Shown in pieces: positions 7,644 through 10,121 of a DNA stretch of 10,121 bases (position 1 is its first letter; each line of letters opens with the position of its first letter). This DNA comes from Elusimicrobiota bacterium. GTDB taxonomy: Bacteria; Elusimicrobiota; UBA8919. The notes beneath the pieces were generated by a model, which was not told the DNA's origin, made no database searches, and was given only the letters and a program-made list of their open reading frames with translations. Both the position numbers and the translations under genes were made by a program. The stretch spans positions 1 to 10,121 of the forward strand of contig JBDRIG010000035.1 of NCBI GenBank assembly GCA_043816185.1. The letters are read 5' to 3'.

Positions 7644-8230
7644 GTCAGTTAATCACCACTCGTTACTATCCGATTGTTCGCTACTGGTTATCTGTCGTCA
7701 ATTGCTCGCTACTTATCAATTTTTTATTGTTTCTAACGCTCCCATACCTTACATACATAAAACCTGTTATACTCAGAAAAATTTACACAGTAGATTTATT
7801 TCGATTACCAAGTACAAAATCAAAAGAAGAAAAAGTCGTAAAAAAAGAGAAACCACCTACACCAGTTCATAAACTAAGATCAGATACTGAAAATATAAAC
7901 ACACAAGCAAAAGAGGAAACACCACAACAAGAACAAGAAGTTTGCGAGCTCGGTGATTTGGATACCGTCCCGCAAATTTTGTGTATGGCTAAACCGAAAT
8001 ATCCGGAATCGTTGCGAGTTTCTGGTAAAGAGGGGCGAGTAGTTGTAAAATTTCTGATAAATTATTTTGGGTATGTAGATAAAGTAGTTATTTTAGAGCA
8101 TGGTATAGATATTTTATTTGATCAGGCATCAATTGATGCGGTAAAAAAGTGGCAGTTCAGTCCACCGAAAGTAAAAAATAGACCAGCATCGGTTTGGTTT
8201 GTCTTGCCAATAAAATTTGAATTAGAATAA
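7631..8230 (+). CDS. tonB: Energy transducer TonB
   Basis: N-terminal TM (SLLINFLLFLTLPYL), Lys/Glu/Pro-rich linker, and TonB C-domain 'PKYPESLRVSGKEGRVVVKFLI...GYV...FDQASIDAVKKWQFSPP...PIKFELE'. Overlaps exbD by 13 nt. Confidence 0.92.
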   Translation: MGRISQLITTRYYPIVRYWLSVVNCSLLINFLLFLTLPYLTYIKPVILRKIYTVDLFRLPSTKSKEEKVVKKEKPPTPVHKLRSDTENINTQAKEETPQQEQEVCELGDLDTVPQILCMAKPKYPESLRVSGKEGRVVVKFLINYFGYVDKVVILEHGIDILFDQASIDAVKKWQFSPPKVKNRPASVWFVLPIKFELE

Positions 8231-8242
8231 GGGGACAACAAT

Positions 8243-9232
8243 ATGAAAATTGGCATCGTTGGAGTTGGTTCGTTGGGACAGCATCATGCGCGGGTATATT
8301 CGCAGATTCCTGATGTTGAGATTTTCGGTGTATGTGATGTTGATAAAAAGCGGGTCGAAAAAATTGCAAAAAATTTTAATACACAAGCATTTTCCGACTA
8401 CAAAGAGCTTATTGATAAGATTAACCTTGTTAGAAACGGTGTATCTCGCCAAGATATTTCTAACAAGGTTGACGCCGTAAGCATTGTTGTTCCGACGCCA
8501 CTACATTATATTGTTGCAAAAGATTTTCTTAATGCAGGTATTCATTGTTTGGTTGAAAAGCCAATTACCGATGATGTTTCGCAAGCAGAAGAACTCTTGA
8601 AGATTGCTAATGAAAAAAATGTTATTCTTCAAATAGGACATATTGAAAGATTTAACACAGCTGTAATTGAAGCACAGAAATATATTAAATCGCCGAAATT
8701 TATAGAAGCACAGCGGTTGGGTCCTTATGATCCGCGAGTAGCACACATCGGCGTTGTAATGGATTTAATGATTCACGATATTGATATTATACTGACGCTG
8801 GTTAACTCAAAAATCGTGCAAATAGATGCAATCGGTGCCAAGATTTTATCACAAAATGAAGATATCGCAAATGTACGACTTAAATTTGAAAACGGCTGCG
8901 TTGCAAACATTTCAGCATCGCGTGTTTCTATTGATAAATTCAGAAAAATAAGAATTTTTCAAGACGATGCTTATATTTCGCTTGACTATGCTGGGCAGTC
9001 GCTGAAAATTTACAGAAAAAAATCAGACCTATCTGGCGGCGAGACGAGTATTGTAACCTCTATGTCAGATATAGAAATAATAAAACCAAAACTTAAAACC
9101 GAGGAACCGTTAAAAAAAGAACTCGAACATTTTATAAATTGCGTAAAAACTGGAAAGCCACCGTTGGTAACTGGCGAGCATGGTCGAGATGCATTAGAAG
9201 TTGTAGTTGAAATATTAAAAAAACTTTGCTAA
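8243..9232 (+). CDS. Gfo/Idh/MocA family NAD-dependent oxidoreductase (resembles GnnA-type UDP-GlcNAc 3-dehydrogenases)
   Basis: Rossmann 'KIGIVGVGSLGQHH', 'LVEKPI', 'GHIERFN', 'DLMIHDID' and 'EPLKKELEHF' motifs. RBS AAGGGGA just upstream. The specific substrate is inferred only. Confidence 0.9.
   Translation: MKIGIVGVGSLGQHHARVYSQIPDVEIFGVCDVDKKRVEKIAKNFNTQAFSDYKELIDKINLVRNGVSRQDISNKVDAVSIVVPTPLHYIVAKDFLNAGIHCLVEKPITDDVSQAEELLKIANEKNVILQIGHIERFNTAVIEAQKYIKSPKFIEAQRLGPYDPRVAHIGVVMDLMIHDIDIILTLVNSKIVQIDAIGAKILSQNEDIANVRLKFENGCVANISASRVSIDKFRKIRIFQDDAYISLDYAGQSLKIYRKKSDLSGGETSIVTSMSDIEIIKPKLKTEEPLKKELEHFINCVKTGKPPLVTGEHGRDALEVVVEILKKLC
8423..8470. repeat. 48-bp palindromic element inserted in frame in the oxidoreductase
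   Basis: Perfect 14-bp inverted repeat AACCTTGTTAGAAA (8423-8436) / TTTCTAACAAGGTT (8457-8470). It spans exactly codons 61-76. Confidence 0.8.
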
Positions 9233-9400
9233 AATAGCGAAATCAAAAGAATAATAAAAAAAACACATACTATATCAGCTATATTAATCAGATAGTTGGT
9301 CGTGCAAATAAAGAGATTTTAAGTTTGATGCGGTAAAAATCAATCTAAAAAGATTGTAATATTTTTGCCAAAGAACTTTTGCAACGACCTGGAGAAAAGT

Positions 9401-9598
9401 ATGGATAAAAGGATTCCAGTAGACAGAAGGCTATGGATGCGGCGTGCTGAAGAAAGACGTATTGAAGAAAGAAGATTTGTTTGTTTACCTGTTGTTATGG
9501 AAAGACGGACAGATGAACGAAGAAAATGTGAGCGAAGAAGAGACGAACGACGTATTGGTGAAAGACGCAGTGGTTACAGCGGATTTTGCGTGCTGTAA
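9401..9598 (+). CDS. Small Arg-rich protein (65 aa) with nine 5-residue xx[D/E]RR-type units
   Basis: GGAG at 9391-9394, 6 nt before ATG 9401. The amino-acid period is regular while Arg codons vary (aga, agg, cgg, cgt, cga, cgc), which argues for protein-level selection rather than a DNA repeat. Confidence 0.75.
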   Translation: MDKRIPVDRRLWMRRAEERRIEERRFVCLPVVMERRTDERRKCERRRDERRIGERRSGYSGFCVL

Positions 9599-9630
9599 TA
9601 ATATTACTTAGTTAAGTTCAGTTTGCCATT

Positions 9631-9889
9631 GAGACTGTGTCGCAATAGTAAAATGTGTGTCATTACGAGCGAAGCGAATAATCTTTAAAATATTTCTCGT
9701 CGGAAAGAGATTGCCACGGCTTCCTTCGGAAGCCTCGCAATCAGACTGTGTCGCAATCCATCTTTTACCATCTGGTGTTAGATTGCAGTACCATATTTTA
9801 CTATTAGTTGCTATCTTCTATAAAAATGCAACTTTTTAGCTCATTGCGACACAGTCTGAATAACCAAAAGTAGAATTATAACACAGTCT
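9631..9889. mobile_element. Outer MITE-like element with AGACTGTGTCGCAAT-type ends and a GTCATT(A/G)CGAG...CTCGCAAT palindromic core
   Basis: Left end gagactgtgtcgcaat (9631-9646). Degenerate right end attataacacagtct (9875-9889; 12/15 to the reverse complement). Core gtcattacgagcgaagcgaataatct...agattgccacggcttccttcggaagcctcgcaat (9659-9741). Confidence 0.7.
9742..9858. mobile_element. Inner 117-bp MITE with perfect 16-bp terminal inverted repeats and an AAT target-site duplication
   Basis: cagactgtgtcgcaat (9742-9757) / attgcgacacagtctg (9843-9858). AAT lies on both sides (9739-9741, 9859-9861). Confidence 0.8.
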
Positions 9890-10055
9890 GAAAGCGGAGA
9901 TGTCGGTATTTTCAAGTTGCTTTAACATAGCCAGAATGATCACAATATTTGGTGTTGCAAGGTTGATTGAGAAACTTGGGAGTACGTAACTACAAGGATG
10001 CCCCTGTTCTATACTCAGTTATACCAAAAAATTGCGTTTTATAGCAATCCAAAAG

Positions 10056-10064
10056 TTATCCACA
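10056..10064 (+). promoter_or_regulatory. Perfect DnaA-box sequence TTATCCACA
   Basis: Exact 9-mer match in AT-rich non-coding DNA, overlapping a 15-bp imperfect inverted repeat (10046-10060/10066-10080). It is a single copy, so function is uncertain. Confidence 0.4.
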
Positions 10065-10121
10065 AGATAATTTCTGGATTTTGTCCCAAATTTTATAAAT
10101 TTTGTCTTATTAACTTTTCAA

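Noticed and set aside
862..8746. Short antisense or alternate-frame ORFs in the track (e.g. 862-1062, 1371-1646, 4983-5414, 7044-7304, 7591-7872, 8250-8480)
   Set aside because: They overlap well-supported + strand genes and show no recognisable motifs.
9657..9839. 60-aa ORF MSLRAKRII...
   Set aside because: It is the translation of the palindromic repeat core and the inner MITE, so probably spurious.

Overview
AT-rich bacterial window from a diderm, with all credible genes on the + strand. The core is a TonB-dependent uptake locus: TBDR-1 (255-2537), an AAA_14/DUF4143-type ATPase with its own consensus sigma70 promoter (2614-3777), exbB (3804-4445), a paralogous TBDR-2 (4615-6849), exbD (7203-7643) and tonB (7631-8230). 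It is followed by a Gfo/Idh/MocA oxidoreductase (8243-9232) and a 65-aa Arg-rich protein built of 5-residue xxERR units (9401-9598). Several spacers are filled with small non-autonomous repeats: heptamer arrays, GTAG-type REP/REPIN hairpins, and nested MITE-like elements with AGACTGTGTCGCAAT ends. One 48-bp palindrome sits in frame inside the oxidoreductase. No transposase, rRNA, tRNA or CRISPR array is visible. All family assignments come from motif recognition by eye; no searches were run.
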